Positions 54,187 to 64,000 of a stretch of 64,000 bases of DNA are shown here, piece by piece; the first letter of the stretch is position 1; each line of letters starts with the position of its first letter. The notes beneath the pieces were generated by a model. It did no database searches, was not told where the DNA came from, and saw nothing but the letters and a program-made list of their open reading frames with translations. This DNA is from a virus: IMG/VR virus record IMGVR_UViG_3300044966_000489; one strand, 5' to 3'. The position numbers and the translations under genes were made by a program.

Positions 54187-55671
54187 ATGAAGCTTTCCTC
54201 TATTAAAGTAGAGCAGCACTTGCTTGGTGCGCTCATTAAAAACCCAGAAGCATTCTACGATTTAGATCATTTTATATCAGAAATTGATTTTACAAATGAT
54301 GTAAATGGAACAGTTTATTCTGTAATTCGACAACTTTGTAATTCCAAAGAGAAAATTGACAAAGTAATATTAGCTCAAAAGATTCAGAATCTTGGAATCT
54401 CATTTCAAGAAGATCTTGATATATATGATTATATTGACTGTATTTCTTTGCCAGTATCAAATAAAGAATCTGCTCTTAAATACGCTCAAGAGTTAAAGCA
54501 GTTTTCTATTCGCCGTGATATAAAAGGGATGGCGCAAAGAATCATAGAAACTGTTTCTACTAATCCTGATAAAAATGTTAATCAATTAATAGCTGAAGTA
54601 GATTCAATATATGGCGAAAAGATTAATTCTTTTGATGCTACTGAAGAGATTAGGAATATCTTTGAGGACATAGAGGCGTTCATAGAAGAAAAAGGCAATA
54701 ATCCTCAAGATGAAGCAGGCATAGAATTACATTATCCAGAGTTTGCAAGACTCTATGGCGGGTTAAGAAATGGAAACGTCTACGCTATTGTAAGCCGCCC
54801 CGGTCAAGGCAAAAGCTCCTTCTTAGTTGAGATGTCTCTCGGAGCTTATTTAAAGAATAAAAAAGTTAGCGTTCTTTACCTTGATACTGAAATGTTCTCA
54901 GAAGATGTTAAACTTCGTATTGCAGCAGCAAAGACCGGAGTTCCTTTCTGGTACATTGACACAGGAAACTGGCGTAAGAATCCTGAAATGGTAACTAAAG
55001 TCAGAGGCTTCTTAAAAGAATTTAGTAAATATAATTATACTCATCATTGTGTTGGTAATAAAGGTATTGATGAGATTGTTTCTTTTATTCGTAGATGGTA
55101 TTATAGCAAAGTTGGAAGAGGAAACCCTGCTCTTATTTGCTATGATTATGTTAAGCTCACCGGAGAAAAGGTAGGCCAAAACTGGGCAGAACATCAAGTA
55201 ATTGGCGAAAAGATAGATAAACTTAAAAAGATTTCAGAAGAAATTAATGCCACTCTATTCACTGCAATGCAAATGAATAGATCTGGCGAAAATTTTAATA
55301 GAAATGCTGGAGATGTAACCGATGATAGCTCCGCAATCGCCTTGTCTGATCGGCTTCAATGGTTCGCCAGCTATGTTGCGATTTTCCGAAGAAAAACTCT
55401 TGACGAAATAGAGCGCGATACGCCAGACTTTGGGACTCATAAGTTGATAACTTTGAAGAGTCGATTCCAAGGCAAAGATGCCGCTGGACATCAAGATCTT
55501 CTTAGAAGAAGGAATGAACATGGTGATGAAAAATATGTTCAGAACTTTATCAACTTTCAGATCAACAATTTCAGTGTAGAAGAGAGAGGTTCCTTGGGCG
55601 ATATCATTGAGAGAGAGCGTCAAACATTCTCGTTGAATGATGCTAATCCCAATGACGGCACTTTGTTATGA
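54187..55671 (+). CDS. dnaB: replicative DNA helicase DnaB
   Basis: EQHLLGALI N-domain, RPGQGKS Walker A, DTEM, YDYVKL, QMNR, KSR. Confidence 0.92.
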   Translation: MKLSSIKVEQHLLGALIKNPEAFYDLDHFISEIDFTNDVNGTVYSVIRQLCNSKEKIDKVILAQKIQNLGISFQEDLDIYDYIDCISLPVSNKESALKYAQELKQFSIRRDIKGMAQRIIETVSTNPDKNVNQLIAEVDSIYGEKINSFDATEEIRNIFEDIEAFIEEKGNNPQDEAGIELHYPEFARLYGGLRNGNVYAIVSRPGQGKSSFLVEMSLGAYLKNKKVSVLYLDTEMFSEDVKLRIAAAKTGVPFWYIDTGNWRKNPEMVTKVRGFLKEFSKYNYTHHCVGNKGIDEIVSFIRRWYYSKVGRGNPALICYDYVKLTGEKVGQNWAEHQVIGEKIDKLKKISEEINATLFTAMQMNRSGENFNRNAGDVTDDSSAIALSDRLQWFASYVAIFRRKTLDEIERDTPDFGTHKLITLKSRFQGKDAAGHQDLLRRRNEHGDEKYVQNFINFQINNFSVEERGSLGDIIERERQTFSLNDANPNDGTLL

Positions 55672-56585
55672 GCGATATAAAAGAAATACTTCAAAACATC
55701 GGTTATCAAAATCTTAAAGACTTCGGCGGTTGGTACAGAACTAGACCAATCTACAGGAGTTCAGATAATGATACAGTTCTAGCAATCAATAAAAATACTG
55801 GTTATTGGTATGATTATAAACTTTGCCGAGGGGGTAAGTTAAGCGAATTAGTTCAAATCACACTTAATCTAAACGATCTAGATTATGCGGATAAGATGCT
55901 CGCCGAGAAGTTTAACTTCACGGGAATTGTCGTAAATCAAGAAAAAAATACCATCAATCAAGTAAAGATTTACGATGAATCAATGCTCGTCAGCCTTGAA
56001 AAGAATCATGGATACTGGCTTAATAGAGGAGTCAAAGAAGAGATCGTAGCAGAGTTTAAAGGTGGAATAGCTAAAAAAGGAAACATGATTAATCGTTATG
56101 TGTTTCCTATTTATAATCCATCTGGAAAAATTGTAGGATTTAGTGGCAGGTCACTGGTTGATTCAAAAAGACCTGATTTCATTAAATGGAAACACCTTGG
56201 AACCAAGAAGGAATGGGTCTATCCAGCCTTCTTTAGTAAAAATGCTATATCTGAAAGCGGCAGAGTTTTCTTGATTGAAAGTATTGGAGATATGCTGGCT
56301 TTGTGGCAAGCTGGCTACAAGAATGTAATTATTACTTTTGGATTGGCAATCTCTCCCAAGATCACAAAATTTCTATTAGAGAACTCTGTCCAAGAAGTGG
56401 TTATTGCTTTTAATAATGATTCTTTTAATAATTCTGCTGGTAATGAAGCGGCGAAAAAAGCAAAGTCTAAGCTCTTGATGTTCTTCGACGAAAATCAAGT
56501 TAAGATAAAGTTGCCTTCCAAAAAAGATTTTGGATTAATGAGCAAAAATGAGATAGACTTATATATGAAGGAATTCAATGGATAA
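55668..56585 (+). CDS. dnaG: DnaG-like DNA primase (TOPRIM)
   Basis: RYVFPI, IVGFSGR, KWKH, LIESIGD, AFNND, AG..AA, KDFG. Confidence 0.85.
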   Translation: MSDIKEILQNIGYQNLKDFGGWYRTRPIYRSSDNDTVLAINKNTGYWYDYKLCRGGKLSELVQITLNLNDLDYADKMLAEKFNFTGIVVNQEKNTINQVKIYDESMLVSLEKNHGYWLNRGVKEEIVAEFKGGIAKKGNMINRYVFPIYNPSGKIVGFSGRSLVDSKRPDFIKWKHLGTKKEWVYPAFFSKNAISESGRVFLIESIGDMLALWQAGYKNVIITFGLAISPKITKFLLENSVQEVVIAFNNDSFNNSAGNEAAKKAKSKLLMFFDENQVKIKLPSKKDFGLMSKNEIDLYMKEFNG

Positions 56586-57504
56586 AAAAGAAGTCTACCT
56601 ATCTGCCTCGCGCATTAAAGCTCTTGAGACTTGTTCATGGTCTTACTATTGCAAGTACCATTTAAATATTCCTGAGAAGTCTAATTCAGGAGCAAAGCGC
56701 GGCACAATTTGCCATTTAGTATTTGAGGTGCTTCTTAATCCTCGTCATAAGGATATCTATAAGCAGATTATCTCTTCTGGCGATGCTCTTTCTTGCCCAC
56801 CAATATCCAGATTAGTAAATAAACACGCAACAAAGGAAGGTATTAATAACCCTGAAGACATGGCGTTAATCAATAAAATGATTCTTGTCGGTCTTAAAAG
56901 CGACTTCTTTCCAAAAGGCGGCGACATTCAAGAACCAGAGTTCGAATTTAAAATCGAAAGAGACGGCTACAAGGCTAGAGGGTTCATTGATCTTCCCATC
57001 CTTTATAAAAAAGAAAAGAAGAGCAAGATTAGAGATTACAAGTCTAGCAAAGCGAAATTCAAGGGAGAAGAGTTGACAGCCAATGTACAGGCCATGCTAT
57101 ACTCTATTGCTTCTAAGATCTATTGGCCTGACTATGACCCAGAAGTAGAATTCGTATTTCTCAGGTTTCCTAAAGAACCAGTTCAGCCGGTAAAATTCTC
57201 TGATGATGAATTGTCTGGATTTGAAACTTATCTTAAGTATGTTTACGAAAAAGTAACTAATTTCACTGAGCAAGATGCAAAGCAAAATTTCGCCGCAGAT
57301 GACATAAAGAGCAAATGGCTTTGCCAAGCAGGAGCTACTTGGGTTTGCCCATTTAAGAATGAGATGTGGTTTTATTCTATTTACGATAAGGATGATAATT
57401 TTGTAAAGAGCTACTTTACCGCAGAAGAAGCTAAAGCAGCAAAGAAAGACGACGCTCAAGTCATCAAAAAGTTTAAGTATGAAGGTTGCCCCAGATGGAA
57501 ATAA
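56578..57504 (+). CDS. PD-(D/E)XK exonuclease (RecB/Cas4-like)
   Basis: LSASRI..C...YY, GTICH, EFEF, GFID, DYKS, Q...Y; C-terminal Cys residues. Confidence 0.85.
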   Translation: MDKKEVYLSASRIKALETCSWSYYCKYHLNIPEKSNSGAKRGTICHLVFEVLLNPRHKDIYKQIISSGDALSCPPISRLVNKHATKEGINNPEDMALINKMILVGLKSDFFPKGGDIQEPEFEFKIERDGYKARGFIDLPILYKKEKKSKIRDYKSSKAKFKGEELTANVQAMLYSIASKIYWPDYDPEVEFVFLRFPKEPVQPVKFSDDELSGFETYLKYVYEKVTNFTEQDAKQNFAADDIKSKWLCQAGATWVCPFKNEMWFYSIYDKDDNFVKSYFTAEEAKAAKKDDAQVIKKFKYEGCPRWK

Positions 57505-57513
57505 CTCTTAATC

Positions 57514-58266
57514 ATGAAAATACTACCGCTTTTTAAAAGCCATTACAGCATAGGTAAGTCAATCTTAACTCTAGACAAAGCAGGGACTTCATCCAAAGAA
57601 GGATCTTCTTCAATCGTAGACATAGCTAAAGATAATAAACTAGAGCAAATATTCTTAGTAGAAGAGAATATGAGTTCTTTTCTTGATGCTTTTAAGAACT
57701 TTAAGATTCCATTTTATTATGGCTTGAGGCTTGAATTATGCCCTGACATTAATGACAAGACAGAAGAGTCTCTTAAAAAATCTAGTAAAATTATAGTCTT
57801 TGCAAAAAATGGGAGTGGCTACAAGAAACTAATTAAGATATTTAGTATTGCCGCCACAAATGGTTTTTATTACGCCCCAAGAATAGACGAAAAGACCTTG
57901 ACTCAAGAGTGGGATGAGTCTAGCCTGAAGTTGTGTGTGCCATTCTATGATTCATTCTTGTTTAATAACACAATGTCTTATTCCTTGTGCTGCCCAGAAT
58001 TAAAGTTCACTAAACCTACGTTTCTGGTAGAAGATAACGGTCTTCCATTTGATCACATTGTAAAACAGAAAGTAATTAACTTCTGCAAAGATGAGTACGA
58101 GATGGTTCCTGCAAAAAGTATTTACTATAACACAAGAGAAGATTTTAAATCGTATCTGACGTTTAGATGCATCAATAATAGAACAACTCTTAATAAGCCA
58201 AACTTAGAACATATGTGTAGCGCAGAATTTAGCTTTGAAAGCTGGAAGGAGGCCAATGCTGTATGA
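57514..58266 (+). CDS. stand-alone PHP domain of DNA polymerase III alpha
   Basis: KSHYSIGKS, YGL, FAKNGSGYKKLIKI.S.A...GFYY.PRID resemble the DnaE N-terminus. Confidence 0.8.
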   Translation: MKILPLFKSHYSIGKSILTLDKAGTSSKEGSSSIVDIAKDNKLEQIFLVEENMSSFLDAFKNFKIPFYYGLRLELCPDINDKTEESLKKSSKIIVFAKNGSGYKKLIKIFSIAATNGFYYAPRIDEKTLTQEWDESSLKLCVPFYDSFLFNNTMSYSLCCPELKFTKPTFLVEDNGLPFDHIVKQKVINFCKDEYEMVPAKSIYYNTREDFKSYLTFRCINNRTTLNKPNLEHMCSAEFSFESWKEANAV

Positions 58267-58901
58267 TGGAGAATTTACTTCGTTACGATAAGGATAAAGT
58301 TTACACTTTTATAGACTTAGAAACCGAGAATCTTTGTCTAAGTTTTATTAATAATCGCCCTTGGCAGTGCGGCATGATTAGAGTCAAGGGAAATGAAATT
58401 TTAGAAACTTCTGATATCTACATCAAATGGGATAAGCCTATTAATGTCAGCAAAGAGGCGGCAGTAATTACCCGTTTTGATCAGTATAAATATAATAAAA
58501 TTGCAGTACACTCAAGCGAAGCAATCAAGACGATTGATCAGTGGCTAGAGAAGTGCGATTATATTGTTGGGCATAATGTCCTTAATTTTGATATTTATTT
58601 AATCAAGGACTATTACGAAACATATGGAAAAGAATGGAAGCATTTAGTTAATAAGGTTATCGACACAAATTGCCTAGCCAAAGGCATCAAATACGAGATC
58701 CCTTATTCTAAGGATATTAGCCTAATTGAATATCAGTATAGAATACTGAACGAAAGACGCAAAGGAGTAAAAACTAATTTAACTGCACTTGGAAAAGAAT
58801 ACGATATTGATCACGATTACGAAACCTTGCACGACGCACTTAACGACTTACATTTAAACATCAAAGTATGGAACAAGCTCAAATTCCAGATCGCAATATG
58901 A
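58263..58901 (+). CDS. dnaQ: DEDDh 3'-5' exonuclease (Pol III epsilon-like)
   Basis: IDLETE, GHNVLNFD, IDT, HDALND. Confidence 0.85.
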   Translation: MMENLLRYDKDKVYTFIDLETENLCLSFINNRPWQCGMIRVKGNEILETSDIYIKWDKPINVSKEAAVITRFDQYKYNKIAVHSSEAIKTIDQWLEKCDYIVGHNVLNFDIYLIKDYYETYGKEWKHLVNKVIDTNCLAKGIKYEIPYSKDISLIEYQYRILNERRKGVKTNLTALGKEYDIDHDYETLHDALNDLHLNIKVWNKLKFQIAI

Positions 58902-61456
58902 ATTTTACTAAAGACTTTCAAAAGTATGACCTTGGCTTGCACGGTCTTAGAATGCCTGTCTTTGAAATTGATCAAAGGCATAAGGCTAGGCTTAATCTAG
59001 TCGCCGCTACTTCTAATTATGACTTCTTAAGGAGTCTAGCTAGAGAAGGGTTTTATAAGCTTAATCTTGAAAAAGGTAGCGAGCTTTATAAGAGGTATGT
59101 TGATCGCGTTAATTATGAATTGCAAATTCTGCAAGAGCTAGAGTTCATTGATTACATTATCCTTATTTGGGATGTAATTAACTATTGCAGAGAGAATAAC
59201 ATTCCCACTGGACCGGGAAGAGGATCTTGCGCTGGTTCACTTCTATTATTTCTCATTGACGTAACCAAAATTGACCCCATTAAGTATGAACTGTTCTTTG
59301 AGCGTTTCATCTCTAAAGCTAGAGCAAAGAAAACTGTGATAGAAGGAGTTACATATTTCGATGGCTCCCTATTCCCTGACGTTGACCTAGATATCTGTTA
59401 TTATAATCGCCATAAAGTTATTACTTATCTTGAAGAAAAGTTCAAGGGCAAGACTTCTAAAATCTTAACTCTTAATACTTTAAGTTCAAAACTCTGCATT
59501 AAGGAATCAGGAAAAGTAGTGGCGGAAAAGCAGGAAAGCGAGATGAATGATGTCTCGTCTTATATTCCAAAACTATTCGGACAAGTTAAGAGTCTTGAGG
59601 ATGCGATTACAGAAAGCGAAAAGTTCGCTGAGTGGGCAGGAGATAATGAAGAGGTTTATAAAATCGCCTTAAAACTTCAAAATCTTAACAAGAACAAAGG
59701 CGTTCACCCTTCTGGTCTTTTGCTCGCCCACTCTCCTCTTGAAGAGTCTTGTCCTGTAGAGCTTTCTTCTGATAAGCAGATTGTATCCAGCTATGACATG
59801 AATAATGTTACGGCATACAATATCAAACTTGATTTGCTAGGTTTAAGAGGCGTTTCGGTTGTTGATGACGTTTGTAAATCTCTTGGTATTAGATATGAGG
59901 ACATTGATGTAAATGATGTTTTCATATATCAGCAACTGCAAGATTTCAAACTTCCTCATGGGTTATTCCAAATTGAGGCAGAAACGAACTTTAAAGTCTG
60001 CCAAAAGGTAAAACCAAAAAACCTTGAGCAACTAAGCGGCGTATTGGCTCTTGCTCGCCCCGGCGCACTTCAGTTCATTGATAAGTACGCCAACTATACT
60101 AACAATGATCATTATGAAAGCATCCATCCTTTCTTTGATGACATCTTAGGTGTAACTGGAGGCGTTTGCTTGTATCAAGAACAGTTGATGAAGATGGTGA
60201 GCAAAGTTGGCTTTTCTCTTGACGAAGCAGAAATCGTTCGACGCTGCGTAGGCAAAAAGAAGGTCGAAGAGATGAAAGAATGGGAGCAGAAGATTAAAGA
60301 CAAGATTTCTGAACAAAAGCTTGATCCTAAGATTGGCGAAGTCCTCTGGAGAATTGCTAATGACTCTGCTAATTACCAATTCAATAAATCTCATTCTGTG
60401 GCTTATGCTGCTCTCGCCGCAATCTCAATCTATCTAAAATTCAAATACCCCCAGCAGTTCTTCTTGTCTCTCCTCAAGATGAGCAAGCATGAACCAGATC
60501 CAATTGGAGAAATTTCTAAAATTGAAAAGGAACTTGTGTATTTCAATATTAAACTTCTTCCCCCTCATCTATTAAAATCAAAAGAAGAGTTCTGTATTGA
60601 AGGCGAGAATATTCGTTTTGGACTTCTGTCTGTTAAAGGAATCAGCGAGAAGACTGTCAAAGCTGTTAATGAGTTCAGAAAAGAATTTCAAAACAAGTTC
60701 GACATCTTTGAGACTGCATCTCAAGCCAATCTGAATATTGGAGTCCTTTGCGCCTTGATTCAAGCTGGTGCTTTGGATGGTGACTTCAAGCAGTCTAGAA
60801 GTAAAATAGTATATGAAGCCCAGCTTTGGAACGTCTTAACTAATAAGGAGAAGATTAATGCAAAGCTATTTGGTGAGACTTTTGATTATGACTTAGTTAA
60901 AATCCTTATGCACATGAAGGACAATAAGGATGTTCAAGGCAAACCTTATATTAAAGAATCAAGACTTCAGACCCTGCGAACCAAAGCAGATCCCTATAAA
61001 AAGATCTATGAAATCAATAGCAAGTCAGAGAGTTTTGCTAATTGGTTTTATGAGAATTCTATTATTGGATATAGCGTCAGAAATAAACTGAGAGAAGTTT
61101 TTATTTCAAAGAAAGATGATCTAGTTTACATTAAAGACATCGCGGACTTTGCCGAGAAAGATGAAGTCTCATTTATTGGAGTTATTCAAGAGTGTAAGTC
61201 AGGAGTTTCAAGAGAGAAGAAGACTAGATACTTCAAGATGCAAATCTCAGATGAAACTGCATCAGTCAACGTCATGATCTTCTCTGACAAGATCGATGAT
61301 ATGCAGAATCTGAATAATAGAATGCCAAAAGAAGAAGATATCGTTATCGTTACTGGACAGAAGTTTGGAGACTCTGTATTTGCAAGACTTGTCGCCATTC
61401 AAACTCATACAGTTTACACTAAGCTTTCCCAATTAAAAGCCGAAAAAAATAATTGA
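58898..61456 (+). CDS. dnaE: DNA polymerase III alpha catalytic subunit lacking PHP
   Basis: GPGRGSCAGSL, LFFERF, PDVDLD, HPSG, KLDLLGL, RPG, YQEQ, FNKSH, C-terminal OB fold. Confidence 0.95.
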   Translation: MNFTKDFQKYDLGLHGLRMPVFEIDQRHKARLNLVAATSNYDFLRSLAREGFYKLNLEKGSELYKRYVDRVNYELQILQELEFIDYIILIWDVINYCRENNIPTGPGRGSCAGSLLLFLIDVTKIDPIKYELFFERFISKARAKKTVIEGVTYFDGSLFPDVDLDICYYNRHKVITYLEEKFKGKTSKILTLNTLSSKLCIKESGKVVAEKQESEMNDVSSYIPKLFGQVKSLEDAITESEKFAEWAGDNEEVYKIALKLQNLNKNKGVHPSGLLLAHSPLEESCPVELSSDKQIVSSYDMNNVTAYNIKLDLLGLRGVSVVDDVCKSLGIRYEDIDVNDVFIYQQLQDFKLPHGLFQIEAETNFKVCQKVKPKNLEQLSGVLALARPGALQFIDKYANYTNNDHYESIHPFFDDILGVTGGVCLYQEQLMKMVSKVGFSLDEAEIVRRCVGKKKVEEMKEWEQKIKDKISEQKLDPKIGEVLWRIANDSANYQFNKSHSVAYAALAAISIYLKFKYPQQFFLSLLKMSKHEPDPIGEISKIEKELVYFNIKLLPPHLLKSKEEFCIEGENIRFGLLSVKGISEKTVKAVNEFRKEFQNKFDIFETASQANLNIGVLCALIQAGALDGDFKQSRSKIVYEAQLWNVLTNKEKINAKLFGETFDYDLVKILMHMKDNKDVQGKPYIKESRLQTLRTKADPYKKIYEINSKSESFANWFYENSIIGYSVRNKLREVFISKKDDLVYIKDIADFAEKDEVSFIGVIQECKSGVSREKKTRYFKMQISDETASVNVMIFSDKIDDMQNLNNRMPKEEDIVIVTGQKFGDSVFARLVAIQTHTVYTKLSQLKAEKNN

Positions 61457-61490
61457 TAAATCACGTTTTTTCAGGCAAAATAATGTCTGA

Positions 61491-62075
61491 ATGAACCTAC
61501 AATTTTATAAGGGAAATGCAAAAGTAACTGGAACCGCTTGCTCTTTTCAAACGAAGGATACCTCTTTGTTTGTTAATTTTATCAAGCAGCACTCTTGGAA
61601 CGAAGCCAAGAAGCTTGGGTCTTTTCGTGAGAACGCAAAGAACCCAGAGAAGACTACTGTATTAAAGTTTAATGCAGTCGAAGCAGCAGGTATCGTAGAT
61701 GCAATCAACAGAAATGCTGAGTACAAGTTCTATCATACCGCTCCTAACTCAAATGCAATGGGCAAATTCTGCCCGTATCTCAGAGACAATAATCAGATTG
61801 GATTTTCTTTCAATGCCTCAAAGGAGCAAAAGGGAGATTCAGTTAATAAGGTTAGCTTTTTGATTGGCTTCACTTTTGCAGAAGCAATTCTCGTCAAAGA
61901 GTTCTTGCAAGAGTTTATCAGAAACTCTTTCTATGCTCAAGACAAAGCCGCTTCAGCCCCAAAGGAGGCTCAAGAAGAGGAAGCCCCAAAGAAGCCAGCT
62001 TATAATAAAATTCAACTAAATCAAACTGCTGCCCAAACTGAAGCAGAGGCTCAAGCAGAAGAACTCGTATTCTAA
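61491..62075 (+). CDS. hypothetical protein, possible ssDNA-binding protein
   Basis: Beta-rich N-domain with an acidic/flexible tail ending EELVF; follows dnaE. Confidence 0.6.
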   Translation: MNLQFYKGNAKVTGTACSFQTKDTSLFVNFIKQHSWNEAKKLGSFRENAKNPEKTTVLKFNAVEAAGIVDAINRNAEYKFYHTAPNSNAMGKFCPYLRDNNQIGFSFNASKEQKGDSVNKVSFLIGFTFAEAILVKEFLQEFIRNSFYAQDKAASAPKEAQEEEAPKKPAYNKIQLNQTAAQTEAEAQAEELVF

Positions 62076-63982
62076 TGCGAAAGAAAAAGATAGTAATTCA
62101 AACGGATTGGTGCCTCGCTAAAACTGGATTCGGTAGGGCAGCGAAGGAACTAGTCTCTTACCTGTATAACACTGGTAAGTATGATATTATCCATTACTGC
62201 GGGGGAACCCAAGTGGGTTCTCCCGCTTTATCCAAGACTCCTTGGAAGAGTCTTGGAAGTGTCCCTACCGATCCCAATGAGATCAATAGGATAAATGCTG
62301 ATCCCGCCCTCGCTAGAGATGTATCCTATGGATCTTATTATATTGATCAAGTAATCAAGGAAGAGAAGCCTGATATTTGGATTGGAGCGCAAGATCCTTG
62401 GGCTTTCACTCAATACTATAATAAACACTGGTATAAGAATATCACTTCTCTTCTTTGGGTTACCCTTGATTCTCTTCCGATCTATGATGAAGCAATAAAT
62501 CAAGCAAAAAAGTCTTCTCAATACTGGATCTGGAGTGAGTTTGCTACAAAAGAAATGCATAAAATTGGCATCAATAATGCCAGAACCATGCATGGTCCAG
62601 TAAATCATTCTAAATTTAGTTATTTGGGAGCCGAGAAAAAGAAGCAACTTAAGGCACGTTTTGGTCTTAGTGATTCTTTTATTGTCGGTTTCGTATTTAG
62701 AAATCAACTTCGCAAGTCTGTACCTAACCTGTTAGAAGGTTTTAGAGACTTTACTAAAAATCATCCCGATGTAAAAAACGCAAAGCTATTACTCCATACT
62801 CATTGGGGCGAAGGCTGGGATATTCATAAGCTTGCAGACGAATATCAAATAGATAAAAAAGATATCTATACGACTTATGTTTGCAATAAATGTAAAAATT
62901 ACTTCATTACGCCTTTTCAAGGCCAAGAATTAAAGTGTCCATCTTGTAATTCTGATAAAAGCTGTTCTACAACAAATACTGGATTTGGTGTAACCGAAGA
63001 ACAGTTGTGTGAGGTTTATAATTTGATGGATGTTTATTGTCATCCGTTTACTAGCGGCGGACAAGAGATTCCAATCCAAGAAGCAAAATATTGTGAGCTT
63101 GTAACTTTAGTAACTAACTATAGTTGCGGAGAAGATATGTGTCACCCTGATGCTGCTTCTATTGCTCTTGAATGGTCAGAGTATAGAGAGCATGGCACTC
63201 AGTTTAGAAAAGCTTCTACTTATCCTCAGTCTATAGCAAAACAGTTGTATCATGTCTACAAGATGCCAGAGTCTGAAAAGAGACAAATGGGTCAAAAGGC
63301 TAGAAAATGGGCTATAGAAAACTATTCTGTTCCTGTTATTGGAAAGATGTTCGAACAGTATATCGACTCTATTCCTTTCACATCTTATGACTTCTCCTTG
63401 AAGGAAGAAGAAAAAGACCCTAATGCCAGCGTCCCAAATATTACCGATAATGGAGAATGGCTAATCTTCATGTATCATAATATTCTGAAGATGAAGCAGG
63501 TCAATCAGAATGATGATGGATACAAGCATTGGATGAAAAAACTTTCTGAAGGAGAAAGCCGCCAGAATGTTGAAAACTATTTCCGCCAAGTAGCCGCACA
63601 AGAAAATCAAAAAAATAGGAAAATTGATTTTGAAGAAATTCTAGATCCTAATGACAAAGGAAAGAGAATTCTTTTTGTAATGCCAGAAAGCATTGGAGAT
63701 ATTTATCTCTGTACCGCTCTTCTTGAGTCAATAAAAGAAACCTATCCTGACCATAATCTATACTTCGCCACTAAGAAAGATTATTTCTCTATCATCGAAG
63801 GTAATCCTTATGTCCATAGAATTATAGAATATATTCCTCAAATGGATAGCTTGCTGTGGCTAGAAGGATATGGAGACCATCAGGGGTATTTTGAAATAGC
63901 TTTCTTGCCTCACATAGGTACTCAAAAAATGCTAAACTATCTTCATAACGGCAAAGACAAGATCGCATTCGATATTAAATAA
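62075..63982 (+). CDS. multidomain glycosyltransferase (GT4 + Zn ribbon + DUF4214-like + GT9-like N-domain)
   Basis: TGFGR, RNQLRK, CNKC/CPSC, GGQEIPIQEA, DGYKHW...GESRQ.V..YF, PESIGD...NPYV. Confidence 0.85.
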   Translation: MRKKKIVIQTDWCLAKTGFGRAAKELVSYLYNTGKYDIIHYCGGTQVGSPALSKTPWKSLGSVPTDPNEINRINADPALARDVSYGSYYIDQVIKEEKPDIWIGAQDPWAFTQYYNKHWYKNITSLLWVTLDSLPIYDEAINQAKKSSQYWIWSEFATKEMHKIGINNARTMHGPVNHSKFSYLGAEKKKQLKARFGLSDSFIVGFVFRNQLRKSVPNLLEGFRDFTKNHPDVKNAKLLLHTHWGEGWDIHKLADEYQIDKKDIYTTYVCNKCKNYFITPFQGQELKCPSCNSDKSCSTTNTGFGVTEEQLCEVYNLMDVYCHPFTSGGQEIPIQEAKYCELVTLVTNYSCGEDMCHPDAASIALEWSEYREHGTQFRKASTYPQSIAKQLYHVYKMPESEKRQMGQKARKWAIENYSVPVIGKMFEQYIDSIPFTSYDFSLKEEEKDPNASVPNITDNGEWLIFMYHNILKMKQVNQNDDGYKHWMKKLSEGESRQNVENYFRQVAAQENQKNRKIDFEEILDPNDKGKRILFVMPESIGDIYLCTALLESIKETYPDHNLYFATKKDYFSIIEGNPYVHRIIEYIPQMDSLLWLEGYGDHQGYFEIAFLPHIGTQKMLNYLHNGKDKIAFDIK

Positions 63983-64000
63983 TATGCACCTTTTAGAGCA

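Noticed and set aside
56578-57504. Cas4-like nuclease as evidence of a CRISPR system
   Set aside because: No repeat-spacer array or other cas genes seen; it sits in the replication operon, as is usual for phage exonucleases.
58255-58905. Programmed frameshifts or sequencing errors joining PHP, DnaQ and DnaE
   Set aside because: Both junctions are standard ATGA stop/start overlaps with no slippery heptamer, so translational coupling is simpler.
37374-61456. Inteins or introns in nrdJ, recA, dnaB or dnaE
   Set aside because: Protein lengths are normal or short, and no intein splice-junction or LAGLIDADG insertions are evident.
252-62707. Numerous antisense or alternate-frame ORFs in the track (e.g. 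2946..3299+, 19241..19630+, 26352..26780+, 28630..29109+, 55255..55623-, 62228..62707-)
   Set aside because: They lie inside well-supported genes on the other strand or frame, lack motifs, and are best explained as shadow ORFs.
1-64000. Stop-codon reassignment, as seen in some jumbo phages
   Set aside because: Long conserved genes are intact in code 11, coding density is high, and TAA, TGA and TAG all end genes at expected positions.
63984-64000. Start of a further ORF (MHLLE...)
   Set aside because: Only five codons are visible, so it cannot be assigned.

Overview
This is a 64-kb segment of a large, AT-rich tailed dsDNA (jumbo-like) bacteriophage genome using the standard genetic code. Genes run almost entirely on the minus strand from 1 to ~33.3 kb and on the plus strand from ~33.4 kb on. 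The left arm carries small accessory genes, a nucleotidyltransferase, thyX, a metallophosphoesterase, a 7-gene glycosyl/methyltransferase block, rIIA/rIIB, tRNA-Gly(TCC), an outer-membrane beta-barrel, RuvB, an HNH nuclease and a deaminase. It also carries a putative lysis cassette (holin-like, orphan chemoreceptor-type sensor, spanin-like lipoprotein), a tail-collar protein, tRNA-Thr(TGT), UvsE, Hsp20, dUTPase and dCMP deaminase. Just past the strand switch is a ~320-nt, highly base-paired non-coding element that begins exactly at the predicted start of a sigma70 promoter (candidate novel ncRNA or origin). The right arm carries a dNMP kinase, a sigma factor, class II RNR, a ~12-kb array of glycosyltransferases and methyltransferases ending in gmd, and a bacterial-type replisome (RecA, DnaB, DnaG, Cas4-like nuclease, Pol III split into PHP/DnaQ/DnaE). 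Three promoter classes are visible: near-leaderless sigma70 promoters, a phage-specific GTGTAA motif, and a sigma54 promoter with candidate enhancer sites ahead of hsp20. All product calls come from recognising motifs by eye; no database searches were run.
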